Assembly (NCBI GenBank): GCA_964016885.1
Contig: OZ024745.1
Span: forward strand, 76,632,001 to 76,696,000
Reading direction: 5' to 3'
Origin: Eledone cirrhosa
Lineage: Eukaryota
Length of the DNA stretch: 64,000 nucleotides
A model generated the notes under the pieces. The model was given only the letters and a program-made list of their open reading frames with translations. It made no database searches and had not been told where the DNA came from. Position numbers and translations under genes: made by a program. Shown piece by piece: positions 23,750 to 38,339 of this stretch (positions are counted from its first letter, which is position 1; every line of letters begins with the position of its first letter).

Positions 23750-25736
23750 AGTTAGTTATGAACATTCCAATAACTTAAATAAAAGACCTAGATACAAAAA
23801 TATGATTTGGTACAACGCTCCTTTTTCTCTATCTATTACTAGTAATATTCCTAAACTATTTTTTAGGGCCTTAGATAAATGCTTCCCTCCCTCGCATATC
23901 TATAGTAAGATCTTTAACAAACATACAATCAAATTCTCTTATTCAACCACTTCCAACATCTCTAACATTATCTCTAAACATAATAATAAAATATTAAATA
24001 ATAACTTATATCCATCCAACACTGAGCGTCATAATAATAGCAATAGTAAACCCGATGTCAATGTTAACTCTAGGCTAGATTCAGTAAATTTAAATACGAC
24101 GTCAAACGTAACTTTGTCGATGTTCATAACACCAATCTAAATCAGGAAACTGTAGTACCTATCGTAAATAACTTCTCCAATCCAATTCCTTCTATAATTA
24201 ATACTAGGTCACTTGTTAATAACTCTGTTAATTTCTCTAATCGTAATTGTAATTTCTTGTTAGAACTAAATGTCCTCTTAATAACCAATGTCTTGATAAA
24301 AATTTAGTGTATGAATGTAAGGTTATAACTGGTACTAATTCTTTTACCTATTTTGTTTCCACTTCCACTTCCTTTAAAGCAAGATTTTATAATCACAATT
24401 CGTCTTTTAAATACCAACTTAAAAGAACTAACACGGCACTCTCAGAACTCATATGGTCCTTAAAAGACAAAAATATTAACTACAACATCTCTTGGAGGAA
24501 GGTTTGCAACGCCTCTCCTTACCGGAATTCTTCCCTATCCAGAACATATAATCTCTGCCTAGCCGAGAAATTTACCATTATATCTAATTTTAATTCTATA
24601 ATAAATAGACGTACGGATTTATTTTCGCTCTGCTTGCATAAATCCCATAGAACTTTCCATAAAGTATACAGCTAATATCTCAATACCTAATTAGTTTAAA
24701 ATCTTCTTTTCTCAAAGTCTTTTATATCTTTTACAAATATACCCATCGTTCTACCTTATTTCAGTATATTATATTATACAATTTACTCATTCTATGTCGT
24801 TAGCGGTCCCCTATTTTTCTTCTTTTTTATACCTTTTTTCCTTTCTTCCTTTCTTCTTTTTTAATTTCTAATCTTTAATCTTTAACTTTTACTTCTCAAT
24901 TACTTCTTAATTCATATTATTACTCACTATAGCATTTTCCTTATATTCTTGGCCATACAAACTATATTTTTAATATATACTAATATTACCATTAGTAAAT
25001 TTTGTAAACATATATATTTTTTTTACGTTATATTTTTTCTTCCTTAAATTTCTACTTTCTTCTCTCCCTCCGTGCTCGTATTAAACCTATTATTTACTTT
25101 TTCATATTACAATACATAAAAACAAAATTAAACCCTAACTAATTCCTCTAAGTTCATAATTCATTTAATCTCTCCTTCATTCACCTTATATCCTTAATAT
25201 TTTTATTTTAATAATACATATTAATAAATTCCTTTTCGCACATATTATTAAACACTTCAATATATAAACCTTAAATAAATACTATTCTTAATTCCTTTTT
25301 CTTTAATCATAAACCTCATTAACTTTTAATTTCAAAATCTTTTTAAATTATGTATTATCTTACAACGTTTTTTTAATTTTCTCTGTGAGACAGTGTTTCT
25401 CAGTATTAAAGGCTATACCTCTCTCTCTCTCACTCATTTCTCTTCCTCTCTCATCCTTCCTTCTTATACTCCTCCCCCGCAATCCTTTATTTTCTTTCTT
25501 CATCTTCCTTATCTTTTCCTTCCCTCCTCCTCCTCCTTTTTTCCCAAATCTCATATATCCATCTTACTTTATTTTTCATATGTTGATTTAACACTTCACT
25601 GATCGCAAGTGTTTTTTAAGCTTCATATCATGTCACCCTATTTTATCTGATGAGAATACAAATATCCCATGGTGATATTTGTTTTTGAAATGCGCATAAT
25701 AAAATACATGGAAATATTTTAACCATCTTTTGATCT

Positions 25737-25740
<4 letters not shown>
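23750..25740 (+). mobile_element. Penelope-like element 3' portion (post-RT, GIY-YIG, long AT-rich UTR, HHR)
   Basis: IWYNAPFS..KIFNKHTIKFSYST (23802-24140); VYECKV..FKARFYNH..LCLAEK (24307-24675); partial second copy at 34075-34505. Confidence 0.85.
25639..25706 (+). ncRNA. Type I hammerhead ribozyme in PLE terminal repeat
   Basis: TATTTTAT-CTGATGA-13-bp helix II-GAAA-TGCGCA-TA-ATAAAATA: perfect helix I, palindromic helix III. Confidence 0.88.
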
Positions 25741-25812
<72 letters not shown>

Positions 25813-25845
25813 AAGAAATTAAAAGATGGTTAAAAAAGTTCCATA

Positions 25846-25915
25846 TATTTTATGATGCGCATTTCGAAAACAACATCATCCTGGGACAAAAATTGTGTTC
25901 TCATCAGATAAAATA
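25846..25915 (-). ncRNA. Type I hammerhead ribozyme, diverged sister of 25639-25706
   Basis: rc: TATTTTAT-CTGATGA-GAACAC..GTTTTC-GAAA-TGCGCA-TC-ATAAAATA. Confidence 0.85.
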
Positions 25916-26089
25916 AGGTAACATGATATGAAGCCTAAAAACACTTGTGAACAACACTTGTGCTACTTATCTGATATATGCATAGTTTTATTGTTCTACA
26001 ATATTACTCACCTCCTACATATATATATATATATAGGTATAGGCCCGTCAAATACATGCGTACTTTTGGTTGTTTGACTGATATACACG

Positions 26090-26127
26090 CCTTCAGATGA
26101 GAGCCCAACAATGTTTGAAAATCGATT

Positions 26128-26132
<5 letters not shown>
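26090..26132 (+). ncRNA. Degenerate hammerhead (core CAGAUGA)
   Basis: CCTT-CAGATGA-GAGC..GTTT-GAAA-ATCGAT-TA-AAGG. Confidence 0.55.
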
Positions 26133-26575
<443 letters not shown>

Positions 26576-26636
26576 ATATGTATAGCCTTAGCCGGATGGC
26601 TGAAACAGGTAAAAGAGTTTATATATATATATATAT

Positions 26637-27160
26637 TTCACCGTATTTTTCGACTAAAGAAATTTTAGTCTGATAATGAGGTTTAGAACTCTCAGATACA
26701 TGGGTAAAGATGAGTATTGACGTACATGGGAGTCGAACCCAGATCTTTGGTTATCCAGACCACTGTGCTGCCATTTACACCAACACATCACCCATCTCCT
26801 TCCATTCAAATTAGAAGCTACATTCTTAGCGAGTGAATACGGTGAAAGCTATTCTATTTTCTAATTTCAAACCTGCTCACTGTTTCAAAACATACTTACT
26901 TGTCATTTATACTCGCTAAGAATGTAGCTTCTAATTTGAATGGAAGGAGATGGGTGATGTGTTGGTGTAAATGGTAGCACAGTGGTCTGGATAACCAAAG
27001 ATGTGGGTTCGACTCCCATGTACGTTAATACTCATCATTTTCCATGTATCTGAGAGTTCTAAACCCCATTATCAGACTAAAATGTCTTTTGTCGAAAAAT
27101 ACGGTGAAAACTATTCTATTTTCTAATTTCAAACCTGCTCACTGTTTCAAAACATACTTA
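26637..27160. mobile_element. Inverted-repeat element with internal tRNA-like cloverleaf
   Basis: Arms ~26637-26837 / ~26905-27108; a 60-bp tail is duplicated at 26839-26899 and 27100-27160; (TA)n on both sides. Confidence 0.85.
26956..27027 (+). tRNA. tRNA-like sequence (probably repeat-derived; second copy 26718-26789, minus)
   Basis: Acceptor GATGTGT/GTACGTT, D arm GTGT/GCAC, anticodon arm TGGT-CTGGATA-ACCA, T arm GTGGG-TTCGACT-CCCAT; A and B boxes present. Confidence 0.6.
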
Positions 27161-27195
27161 CATATATATATATGTATATATATATATATATGTGT

Positions 27196-27231
<36 letters not shown>

Positions 27232-27420
27232 ATAGGGAGTAAAAGACGATTATTAGGAGAAAAATATATTTTTTCCTTTTATTTATTTTTTTTCTGGGTT
27301 AGAAAATGTTTAAAACAAAATATTTTACTTTGTGTGAAGTGTTAAGGCATTAGTTAATTTATTTGTTAATTAACAATTGCATTTATTTATTTATTTATTT
27401 ATATATTTAATAATTGTCTA

Positions 27421-27452
27421 TTACCGGTTTCAGCATATTATGCATTATCAAA
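27421..27452 (-). ncRNA. Hammerhead core variant U3-A8, helix I degenerate
   Basis: rc: TTGATAA-TGCATAATATGCT-GAAA-CCGG-TA. Confidence 0.5.
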
Positions 27453-28454
27453 GGGGGGAATTTGTATTGGTGTAAAATGTTGATGTTGAACATACTGTTA
27501 TAGCACTAATTATGTTGGGTTCAAAACTTTTTGAAGACTCCTTCTATATAGGACAATATTTAAAAATTACGATAACATGGTTAGAATGGAGCGCAAACAC
27601 ACTTCCATACACATGTATTAGTCACAACAATAGAGGAGTTTAATTTGTGCTCGGCTGTGTGAAAGCCTAGGGAAATAGATATTGACATGTAGGTCATGAA
27701 TTTGAATTGCACTTATGGGTTTTATATATCTTTAAGCAAGAGTAAAAATTAGATTTGCCGTTCCATACTTTGTCTTTGTAGAAAATAATTTAAACATTTC
27801 GCGTGTTAAAACAGAGTGGTATTTAAGTCAGAAAGTAAGACTTAGTGATATCTAAAGGATTAGAAATAGATATTGACATGTAGGCATAACTAATCCTCTA
27901 ATTGACATCTACTAATGGATAATGTTAAACATCGTAACCATTTACAACTATTTTAAATGCCAATGTCTTTTTTTATTTTTATTTTATCGAATTCATGATG
28001 TTAGAGAGAAGTAGGATGAAGACAAGAGGAAAACCGAAGAGTATGACGAGGTAGAAGAAGGAAGAGGAGAGGGTAATGAAGAGAATATAAAGAAGAATAA
28101 CTCTTTGTTTAATAGTTAGTTTTATTTACTCTTTTAAGATAAAATAACGCATACAAACCTACTCTCTTTTCAATACAAATTTAGTAACTTTAAGCAAGGA
28201 TTATAAATCCAGAAATGTGATTTCCATAAAAAATAGAAATAGATCTTAGACAAATCCAAATAGTGTTCTCAGTGTTCATAATATCCTTTCGGTAGTTAGT
28301 TGCTAGCACAAAAATAAATACAAGATGAAATGTTTGCTTTTCCGCATGTATGACAACAATATTTTTTAGCTAGAGCCGTCATTAAATGTCAACGTTCATT
28401 TCCCAAGATTAAAAAGAAAGGAAATAGATGCCAGTCATTAGACCATTAGATAAA

Positions 28455-28516
<62 letters not shown>

Positions 28517-29111
28517 CACACACACACACACTCACTCATCTCCACCCACACATATACATACACACAAATAGTAAGAAAGTGTGTAACAAAAGTAGGCGTG
28601 AGGTATTGAAAAAAAAAAGTAAACCACTCGTGAATATTTGACACTTTTACTATATTGATGTTAGGTTGTGTATATTCAATTATATACACATTAGCAAACA
28701 ATCATAATCTCTTTCTTCTCTTTTTCCTAACAGGATATTATCGTCTGGATATTTGAATTTTTTTCATACAAGTATAGGATAGACGGTAGGGTTTCGTGTC
28801 AACAATTGTTCTAGGGAATTATATTTCCTTTTTTAAATATAACAAAATGTTCTTGCATATGTACTTTCCGGGCAGTTGTTGGCAATGCTGGAGATAGGAA
28901 CTTCTACGCAATCATTCAACTTACAAGAATTCGCCGCTAGCTAAATCTTCACAAATCACGAAACAAATGAAACTTTGGGTAATGTAATCCAAAGTATACT
29001 GTATCTAAATAAAAGACTGGATAGTCACCGCTAGAATGCATTGGATCATACATCTACTAGGTTCAGTGATAGTCTCTTTAACTCATTGAGTGTTTGGAAC
29101 ACACTCTAGAT

Positions 29112-29435
29112 CAGAGGTTCTCAAACTTTTTGGGCCACCGCCCACTCACGCCAACGAAATACCCTCAACGCCCCCAACCCTATTTCCAGAGAGACCTGCC
29201 AACACGCAATTTGTAAATAATATATTATGAATAAAATCGTTAATTTATATATAATAAATAATATAATATATACTATGTATAAATAAATATATATATTTTA
29301 ATTTTACTATATTTATATATAATATGTATCATTTGATATCTAATATACTATTATATCATCTCTACCACCCCTGGACCTTCTCAACCCCCCCCCCCCTCCT
29401 GCGGAGGGGGGTAGCACCCACTTTAAAAACCTTTT
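29112..29435. mobile_element. hAT (Charlie-like) MITE
   Basis: Begins CAGAGGTTCTCAAACT, degenerate right TIR, 8-bp TSD CTCTAGAT (29104-29111) / CTCCAGAT (29436-29443). Confidence 0.7.
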
Positions 29436-29803
29436 CTCCAGATGATCGATTTTTTGATTGCCGACAAGTGGGCCGCTGTACAACTTACGCTTGATTGAAA
29501 TTCAGTCACATCGTCAATGACGTGGGTGTTGTAGGATTGGTTAATAGAGACGGATCTATCGCAATGGCAGAAGGAAGAATCAAAGATGGGGAAGCTAAAT
29601 TCAAGAGTAGGATGAAAAGAACAGACAAAGCAGAGGCAAGTACCAAGCTGTTCGGGAGAGGGGGGAGAAAGGGAGAGGCATCGGAGAGAGAGATAGAGAG
29701 AAGGGGAGATAGGGGGAGAGAATGAGGAATATAGATAGATAGAGGGAGAAAGCAAGTGAGAGAAGTGAGGGAGAAAGAAAGGAAGAGAACGATAGAGAGA
29801 GAG

Positions 29804-29843
<40 letters not shown>

Positions 29844-29850
29844 AGGAAGG

Positions 29851-29912
<62 letters not shown>

Positions 29913-29963
29913 TGAGAGAAAGAGAGAAAGAGAGAGGGTGAGAGAGCGAGAGAAAGAGAGAGA

Positions 29964-30014
<51 letters not shown>

Positions 30015-30505
30015 GGAGATAGGGGGAGAAAATGAGGAATATAGATAGATAGAGGGAGAAAGCAAGTGAGAGAAGTGAGGGAGAAAGAAAGGAAGAGAAC
30101 GATAGAGAGAGAGAGAGAGAGATGTAGTGCCGATACAGTTATATATAAAAAGACCGTACAGCGCTGGAGTTGATTCTCGATATTGGCAAACAATTTCGAC
30201 CGCAACGAAGTTGATGAACAAGCTGGCAAAGTTGAACCTCATTCTAGTCCCGGTAACTCACTGGTAGTTCTTCGTGATAAAAGGGAACTAATCAAGAGTG
30301 AGGATAGAGTTAATAGGTTGTAGGGTAATGTAGCTGTTGAGCAAGTGTTATAGAGTACGGAGAATGTGCTTGTGGGAGTTGGTGGTATTAAAGAAGCTGA
30401 TATCTAAAGTACAGACAGTGGCGACAAAAATGGCCAGTGGAGGTGCAGTGCGTAGTTAGTATCGTACATATTGAAGGGGTTGTCAGCCAACAACGGTTTC
30501 TCTCG

Positions 30506-30611
<106 letters not shown>

Positions 30612-30904
30612 GTGAGGTTTTTTTTTACAAAAAAAAGCCTTCGTGAGCCTCCTTTTTTCAAGTAAAAAGAAATTCAAACACTCATATATGAAAAAAACAA
30701 CCTGTGACAACCCCCCCCCCCCCTCTCTTATTTGAAGAACTATTGTAACGCGAACTGGCGCGGAATTTATTATAATTATTGACAAACCAATCAAATTACT
30801 TCTCGAAAAACCTGGCATTTCGAGCCACTTTTTCCATATAAAACAAGTAACATTCAGAGACCAACCAGATGTGAGAAAAACCACAGACCCTCCATCTCAA
30901 CTCA

Positions 30905-30942
30905 CCTTTTGAAAAGCAGAAGAACTGCGAAACCGGTAAAGG
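30905..30942 (+). ncRNA. Type I hammerhead, U3-A8 core variant
   Basis: CCTT-TTGAAAA-GCAG-AAGAA-CTGC-GAAA-CCGG-TA-AAGG; all helices pair. Confidence 0.75.
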
Positions 30943-31011
30943 AACCAAATAAATATATATATTTTTAAAAAAAATAAGACTTCAGTTGCATTTTCGATTT
31001 CATCTCTTTTT

Positions 31012-31078
<67 letters not shown>

Positions 31079-31256
31079 TAAAAGGAAAAGAAAATGCCGA
31101 CAAATTTTTCCCAGTGAAAAATAGTTTAATTAGGAATAAGTAAAAATTAGTAATAAGTATTGGTTAGTATCCAGTTTTTGTTTTAAGTTTTTACCGGTTG
31201 CACATTTCTAATACTTTTCAAAAATAATTTTGAGATAGAGAGCCCGTGATGTTTGC

Positions 31257-31301
<45 letters not shown>

Positions 31302-31307
<6 letters not shown>

Positions 31308-31709
31308 AAAGAATAGAGGTGTAACACACAAGTTATTATATATTGGTAAACGGAATAGAAAATGCTGACAAATTGTTCACAGTTGAAAAATGGTTTAATT
31401 AGGAATAAAAGAGTATTAGTGATTGTATGGGTTAGTATTCAGTTGGGGTTTTAAGTTTTTAAGTTTTTACCGGTTGCGCATTTCTAAATGCTTTTCAAAA
31501 ATAATTTTGAGATAGAGTGTCCGTGTTGTTTGCTCTGATCTGATTAGTTTTGGGAATTCTACCTGTTTTTATGTTAAAAATGTGGCTCCAGCGTTACTTT
31601 GGTGTTGCAAAAATTCTTGTGGTCAAAACAATTTTGATTGGTCGGTAGAGGTCATGTGAATAAAAAATTGGTTTTGCGCCAAGATTGAGAAATGACTCTT
31701 TCACAACAA

Positions 31710-31805
<96 letters not shown>

Positions 31806-32024
31806 TAGTAGTAAGGTGTTCGATGTTGTGATAATGTTTAGCATTTAGAAATGCGCAACCGGTAAAAACTTAAAAACTTAAAACCCCAACTGAATACTAA
31901 CCCATACAATCACTAATACTCTTTTATTCCTAATTAAACCATTTTTCAACTGTGAACAATTGGTCAGCATTTTCTATTCCGTTTACCAATATATAATAAC
32001 TTGTGTGTTACACCTCTATTCTTT

Positions 32025-32030
<6 letters not shown>
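31302..32030. mobile_element. Inverted-repeat element (arms 31302-31491 / 31840-32030) between (TA)n; related copy 31076-31260
   Basis: Near-identical reverse-complement arms; HHR-like motif at 31466-31501 (minus). Confidence 0.85.
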
Positions 32031-32082
<52 letters not shown>

Positions 32083-32377
32083 GAATTTCGTTTCTGAATT
32101 TGTTTAGCAAGATTCTTTATCTGAAATCGTGTGTTGAAACCGATATTGTTATACTTTGGGAGGGTCATGTTGCCAATAAGAAACACACGCACCAGTAGCT
32201 TTCACTTCAATTTATTATAATAAATTTATAATAAATTTATAAATTTATAAATTTCTGGTTGGTTGGTTGGTTCCACAACCAGATAGTTGTTTATATATTG
32301 TTTATATATTGTTTATATATATGTAGAAGTTATATTTAAATTGTTGGGATACGATATGAACGATATATATATATACG

Positions 32378-32783
32378 TGAGATGACCCCTTAGCCTTTGT
32401 CAAGGCAGAATTTTAGGAGAAGGAAAACTCTGATATAACACCTGCAACCCTGATGGTATCCAATGATGTTGACTTGTTCTTCTTTTTGGTAAATATCATC
32501 TTCGTTAAGAGAGTGGGACTGGCTTTGTGCAATTCCTTTGCTCACTATAAAAGCTTCACGGCACAAGCATTGCTTTATATCTGGAGATCTCTCTGCACTT
32601 GTAATCACATGGTACCATGGGCCCAGCACTATGTGTCAATAATTGTCACAAGTGTAGTGTTTGTACCAGTGTTTTCAAGTCGCTGGCTGGACTAAAAAGT
32701 CACACTCATTCAGCGCATCGGTAGGGGTTCTCCTACATGGATATAAAGTAGTGGCCGTACTCGAAAACGAGTTGGCAGCCACC
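32378..32783 (+). mobile_element. Copy of the RTE-derived non-autonomous element
   Basis: Nearly identical to 16857-17262. Confidence 0.85.
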
Positions 32784-32891
32784 ATATATATATATACATA
32801 GTTTAATAAATGAACAGAGAACAAAAAACAGAGTGGCAGTACAAATGATATTGTTTTTAGTTTCACGCTTGAGAGTGGGGTGGGTGGGGGA

Positions 32892-32921
32892 CGACGTTTC
32901 GCGCATAAGCCCTTCATCAGG
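32892..32921 (-). ncRNA. Minimal hammerhead core, helix I degenerate
   Basis: rc: CTGATGA-AGGGCTTATGCGC-GAAA-CG-TC, at the end of a PLE-UTR-like low-complexity segment. Confidence 0.55.
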
Positions 32922-33537
32922 AGAACAGTGGGTAGGAAGAGAATGCCGAGGGTGTGTGGGTGAGTGAGGGAAAGACATTTAAGAAAAAGGGGGGGGGGGA
33001 GAAAAGGGAGGAAAAACAATTTTTTTAGAGAGTAAAGGAAATTTTTTAAAAGTACAAATAAAAATAAAGATAAAAATAAAATAAACAAGGGGTGAAAGGG
33101 TGTGAGGCGTGTAGGGGTGGTTGTGGGTGGAGGGGGCTGGAGAGTGGAGAGGGAGGCAGGGGGGGTCCGAGCGGGGAGGGCTGAAGGTGGTGTTTGTGTA
33201 TGGGTGTAGGTGTACGTGTGTGTGTGTATGTGAATGTGAGAGTTGGGGGAAGAACGAGGTTCCATGTTCAGGTAAAAGGGAAACCGGTGTGTACATGGGT
33301 GGGGTGTAAGTCGGTGTGTGGATGGAGAGGGGTGGGAAAGGGGGACGTGTGGAGGTCGGAGGCTGAGTGTGTGTATGTGGGGATACGCACGTATGTGTTT
33401 GTGTTTATATGTGGATGTAGGTGACCTGGTTCGAAAATAATGTAAGTGTTTGTTCGTGTGTATGTTCCTAAGATATTTCCATGGAGTGTGAGACAAGGTT
33501 TTGGAGATTTCGCGTGTCGTAGAATGGATAGCTGGAA

Positions 33538-33624
<87 letters not shown>

Positions 33625-33708
33625 CAGATACACACATACACATATATATAGTTCGGATCTAGCTATCCGAAACGGCCGGAGCTCAGCCGTTGGGGTCCTG
33701 ACTCATTT

Positions 33709-33786
<78 letters not shown>

Positions 33787-33871
33787 AGGTGAGTTTTATT
33801 GTAGCACAATAAAGCAATGCAAATATCGGATAAGAAGCACTCAACAATTTATAGGACTGGAGTATAAATAA

Positions 33872-34075
33872 TTGTTTCTTATATAGACACAAGGCCAGCA
33901 ATTTTGGGGGAGGGGAAAGTCGATTAAATCGACTCCAGTGCGTGACTGGTACTTTATTTTATCGACCCCGTAAGGATGAAAGTCAAAGTTAACCTCGGCG
34001 GGATTTGAACTCAGATCATAAAGGACCGTAACTCTATGCGTCAAAGCATGGCGTCCGGCCCTCTACCGATACTGC
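33872..34075 (-). mobile_element. SINE copy (family of 6660-6872)
   Basis: Reverse complement of the SINE body: GTACTTTATTTTATCGACCCC..GGATTTGAACTCAG. Confidence 0.8.
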
Positions 34076-34915
34076 CTTTTTCTCTATCTATTACTAGTAA
34101 TATTCCTAAACTATTCTTTAGGGCCTTAGATAAATACTTCCCTCCCTCGCATATCTATAGTAAGATCTTTAACAAACATACAATCAAATTCTCTTATTCC
34201 ACCACTTCCAACATCTCTAACATTATCTCTAAACACAATAATAAAATATTAAATAATAAATTATATCCATCCAACATTGAGCGTCATAATAATAGCAATA
34301 GTAATCCCGACGTCAATATTAACTCTAGGCTAGATTCAGTAAATTTAAATACGACGTAAAACGTAACTTCGTTGAATGTTCATAACATCAATCTAAATCA
34401 GGTAACTATAGTTCCTATCGTAAATAACTTCTCCAATCCAATTCCTTCTATAAATAATACTAGGTCACTTGTTAATAACTCTGTTAATTTCTCTAATCGT
34501 AATTGATACCAATATATGGAATTAAAACGTAATAATTTAATAAATATTAAGTGCTATTGGTTCTTCAGAAAGTCTAAAATGTATAAACCACTTACAAACT
34601 AATCAAATTAGAAAGAGTAACATTTCTTATGAAGGAGATGTTTCTATATTACACTGTCACCTTCAGAACTAAAGAGAAATATAAACACTGTATAATAAAG
34701 CTGTTATGTAGTGACTGAAATTATTTTCATTCTTCCGATACGTACGAAAGACAACTCTAGAACAGTTTCTACCTACCTGGATGATTGAGGTGGAATTTGA
34801 AGACAGAATGTCCATTATGTAGTCCGGCACATTACACTACTTGCCACAATCCCATGATTTTTTAGAAAATATTTATTGAATTGCTGCAATATTACGAACG
34901 GTTTGAATCGATTGT

Positions 34916-35110
34916 CAGACCTGTCAACTCTCCCCATCCGACGAGGAGATCTCCCCGCTTTGGCTCATTTCTCCCCACTTCCCGTTTTTTGTGAAAATGG
35001 GTATAGTTTTCATAGAGTAAAATCTCCCTATTTTGCCACATTTCTCCCCATTTTCTGGCACCTTTTTTCATGGTACTCCCCATTTGGGTTTTTAGAGGTT
35101 GGCATGTCTG
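34916..35110. mobile_element. Short MITE (second copy ~60008-60178)
   Basis: TIR CAGACCTGTCAAC / GTTGGCATGTCTG; shared internal GTGAAAATGGGTATAG. Confidence 0.6.
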
Positions 35111-36980
35111 TATTGTAGCGTCCCAAGACAGAGGCTGGAAGTCGAAGTTGACCTCAGCAGAGTTCGAACACAAAACACAAAGAGAAATAAGTGAACTATT
35201 GTGAGCTATTTCGTCTGCAACTCCACTATTCTTGTTATTATATCGGCAATTTGTAATAAATAACTACTAACAAAGAAAATATTTTTAGAAAATCATTGGA
35301 AAGTTATTAACTGATTTTTATCTCTCCTAATTTACGGTAAATAGAAATTGACACAGTGTTCTTCGTCAGACAATTCAAAACAAATTGATAATGTCTACTC
35401 TGGGAATTCATTGTGCCTATCATATTGTAAATACTGAATACGATAGATATTGAGGGAAAATATCACTAAAGTTGTCCATATTATAGAATTTCATTGCATT
35501 AATGACAAACGCATGTACATCAACTGACATTCGTCAATATATGTGTTCATACCTAAATTATTTACTTACCATTGATGAGATCGCATAGTCTCACTCTCGC
35601 CCTTTGTTCTTCCCTCTGTGTCCCTTTCAATGATTTTGATACCTTTTCACCCCCCCCCCCCCTCTCTCTCTCTTCCTCCACCTGTTGCCTTACAACCTTC
35701 CCACCATGCCAGTCTCTCACTACTGCAACTCGACCGTTGGACTCTTCGGTTGATCTAGTGTTGTCACGTATAAATTCGAGGGCAATCGCTAGAACTAATT
35801 TCTCTTTTCCCTGGGGTACGCTATCAACATTTTTGTTTGCCGTGTTATCTTTGCGTGGGTAGTTGGATTTTATCTCTGTTCTATGGGATGGTTGACCATT
35901 ATTATTATTGCTATCTATATCAATAACCACGCAACTCTTCACCTCTATATATCTGTATCTATCTCTCCCATCTATTTCTACGTAACATGTACATAAATTG
36001 TAGCGCATATACAAATAGATGTGTTTTTTGTATTTTGGGGGGAAAATATAATAATTGGTGGGGACGGGGCTTGTGTGTCTGTATGTATTTATGCACGTAT
36101 GTGCCACCTCTGTGACGAGCGAACTCTGTCTACTTAGATAACATCTTTAAAGTCCGTTCCAAGATAACTCGTATCCCTTATCGAATCTCTATTGAATACC
36201 ATCACCAACCCTAAACCAGATACATGGTCTGAATGTTTACAATAGACTCGACTCTGCTATAGTCATCCATTGGCCAGGCGGTAATGTTAAGCTGGGTGTG
36301 GATCAAATCTACCAACCAAGTAAGCCACAGTGTTATTTGAACTCAGCGATTTGTTCAAAACTGTAAACTTTCCTTTAATCCAACACACTGAACTGGTGGT
36401 ACATTATTCTACCGGCCTTGAAAGGAGGAAAAGCAAAGTTCATCTCGACAAGATTTGAACTCAGAGAAGAGAAAGCCTAAACAAATACGGCAGTGTGTTT
36501 TTTCATGCACTCTAACGACTTTACCAATTCGCCACATACCCTACAATTTAAAAAGGAGTAGGAACGGAGAATGAAGAGGTAAAACATTCATAGAAATAAA
36601 ATCATTTTTATAATCTATGAGAACCGGAGTGGCCACAAACAAATATTCACATAAATATTTGAAACTTGTTTTTATTACCTCGATCATGAATGAGATAATA
36701 CATACGTTTCGCTATTTGAAAAGACATTTGGAAATGATGCAATGACGGCCTCGAAGATGACAAACCACTTTGAAATGATGCATTCAAATAAATAAAACAA
36801 ATATTTTCAATCTTCAATAAGTCTGAATTAATGGTTTGGAAAACATCCAACCTTAATGTTTTTACTTGTTTCATTCGCTCATATTCAAAGAGGAAATGAA
36901 GTTTCTTACAATATATCCATTAATCTAATAAAAAACAAAAACATTTCACACACACACACACACGCACACACGCACACACG

Positions 36981-37016
<36 letters not shown>

Positions 37017-37981
37017 CCCACTGTGAGTAACAATATAGCAAAATTATTTAAAAAAACGATAATTACAGTTAAGAAGATCATAGCTTGAGTTGAAGTCAGA
37101 ATACAGATGTTACTTCTTTCAGCAAGAATTTAGAAAAATTAATAGAAAAGAAATTGAAGAGAGAGAAAATGGCAAGAGAGTGGTAAAGGGGGTAATATAT
37201 AAAAAAAAAACAAGGGACAAGTGATAGTGTGATGTGGTGTAGGAACAGATTTTTAAAGCATTAAGTGGAGAGAAAATAAGACACACACACAAACACTTAG
37301 AGATATCAACGATCGCTACAACCTTGCTATAGGAGGCTATATCAATCTATGCAAGTCATCAAATCAGATCTATTAGGTCCTTGCCAAAATATGTCTAGAC
37401 ATAGCAAATGAAAGAAACAACGTCTAGACATTCCCGTTTAATTAAATTCATCAATGATATATTGTAAGTGTTGTAGAAAAAGGCTCAATTCTTAGTAGAC
37501 CTTGTATAGTTATTCATTTCTTAACCTTTAAACGTGATTAATCTCTAAACATTGTTGGGCTGTTACATAAACTAGACGAATTAGACTCAGATTACAGTTA
37601 CGCACTACATTAATTAAATCAGATATAGTTGTTTTGTGTTGTCTATTTGGATGGGAATTTTTGGTTGAAATGTTTCAACGTTTTGACATCTTCGTTGTCT
37701 CTTATGTGTAGTGCTTACAAATGTGGTAGAGAGAAATTTGACGAAGATTTATTTATTCTATTTCATATCTATCTTGGTAGGAAATAGTATCGCTGGTTAT
37801 AGATTTCCAACGAATTATCACTAGCCCATTGCATTTCTGATGGCGAGAGATATACGAGACTGCCTTCGTAACGTGGTGTAGAACACATATCAAAAGGCTG
37901 TAAAAGAACTGACTAACCGTTCTTTATATTCTTCAAGTTATATATTCAAAAATGATACACACACACACACACACACACATA

Positions 37982-38016
<35 letters not shown>

Positions 38017-38339
38017 TCACGCACACACGCGCGCACGCATACACGAACGCACAAACAGGCATGCACATACAAAGGTAAATACACACATACACGTTCTTGT
38101 TTATTGTGTATCACTACAATTTCACGATCAGAATTACTATCTTTCTCTTCGTTTCTCTTTTATTTATACTCTAGAGTTTAACAATTGCCACCGACGAATG
38201 TGAGAAAGTTCTCCAGGAAAGTTAACCCGGAATCTTAAAAACAACTTTCTACCAACTTACTGGATCTACAAAGCAAAATTGTAAAATTGTAATATTATAA
38301 AATTAAATTGTTTCCCCTTTTCATATATATATAACGGCG

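Noticed and set aside
26956-27027. Functional tRNA gene
   Set aside because: Several G-U pairs in the acceptor stem, an atypical anticodon loop, and location within a duplicated mobile unit; kept only as tRNA-like.
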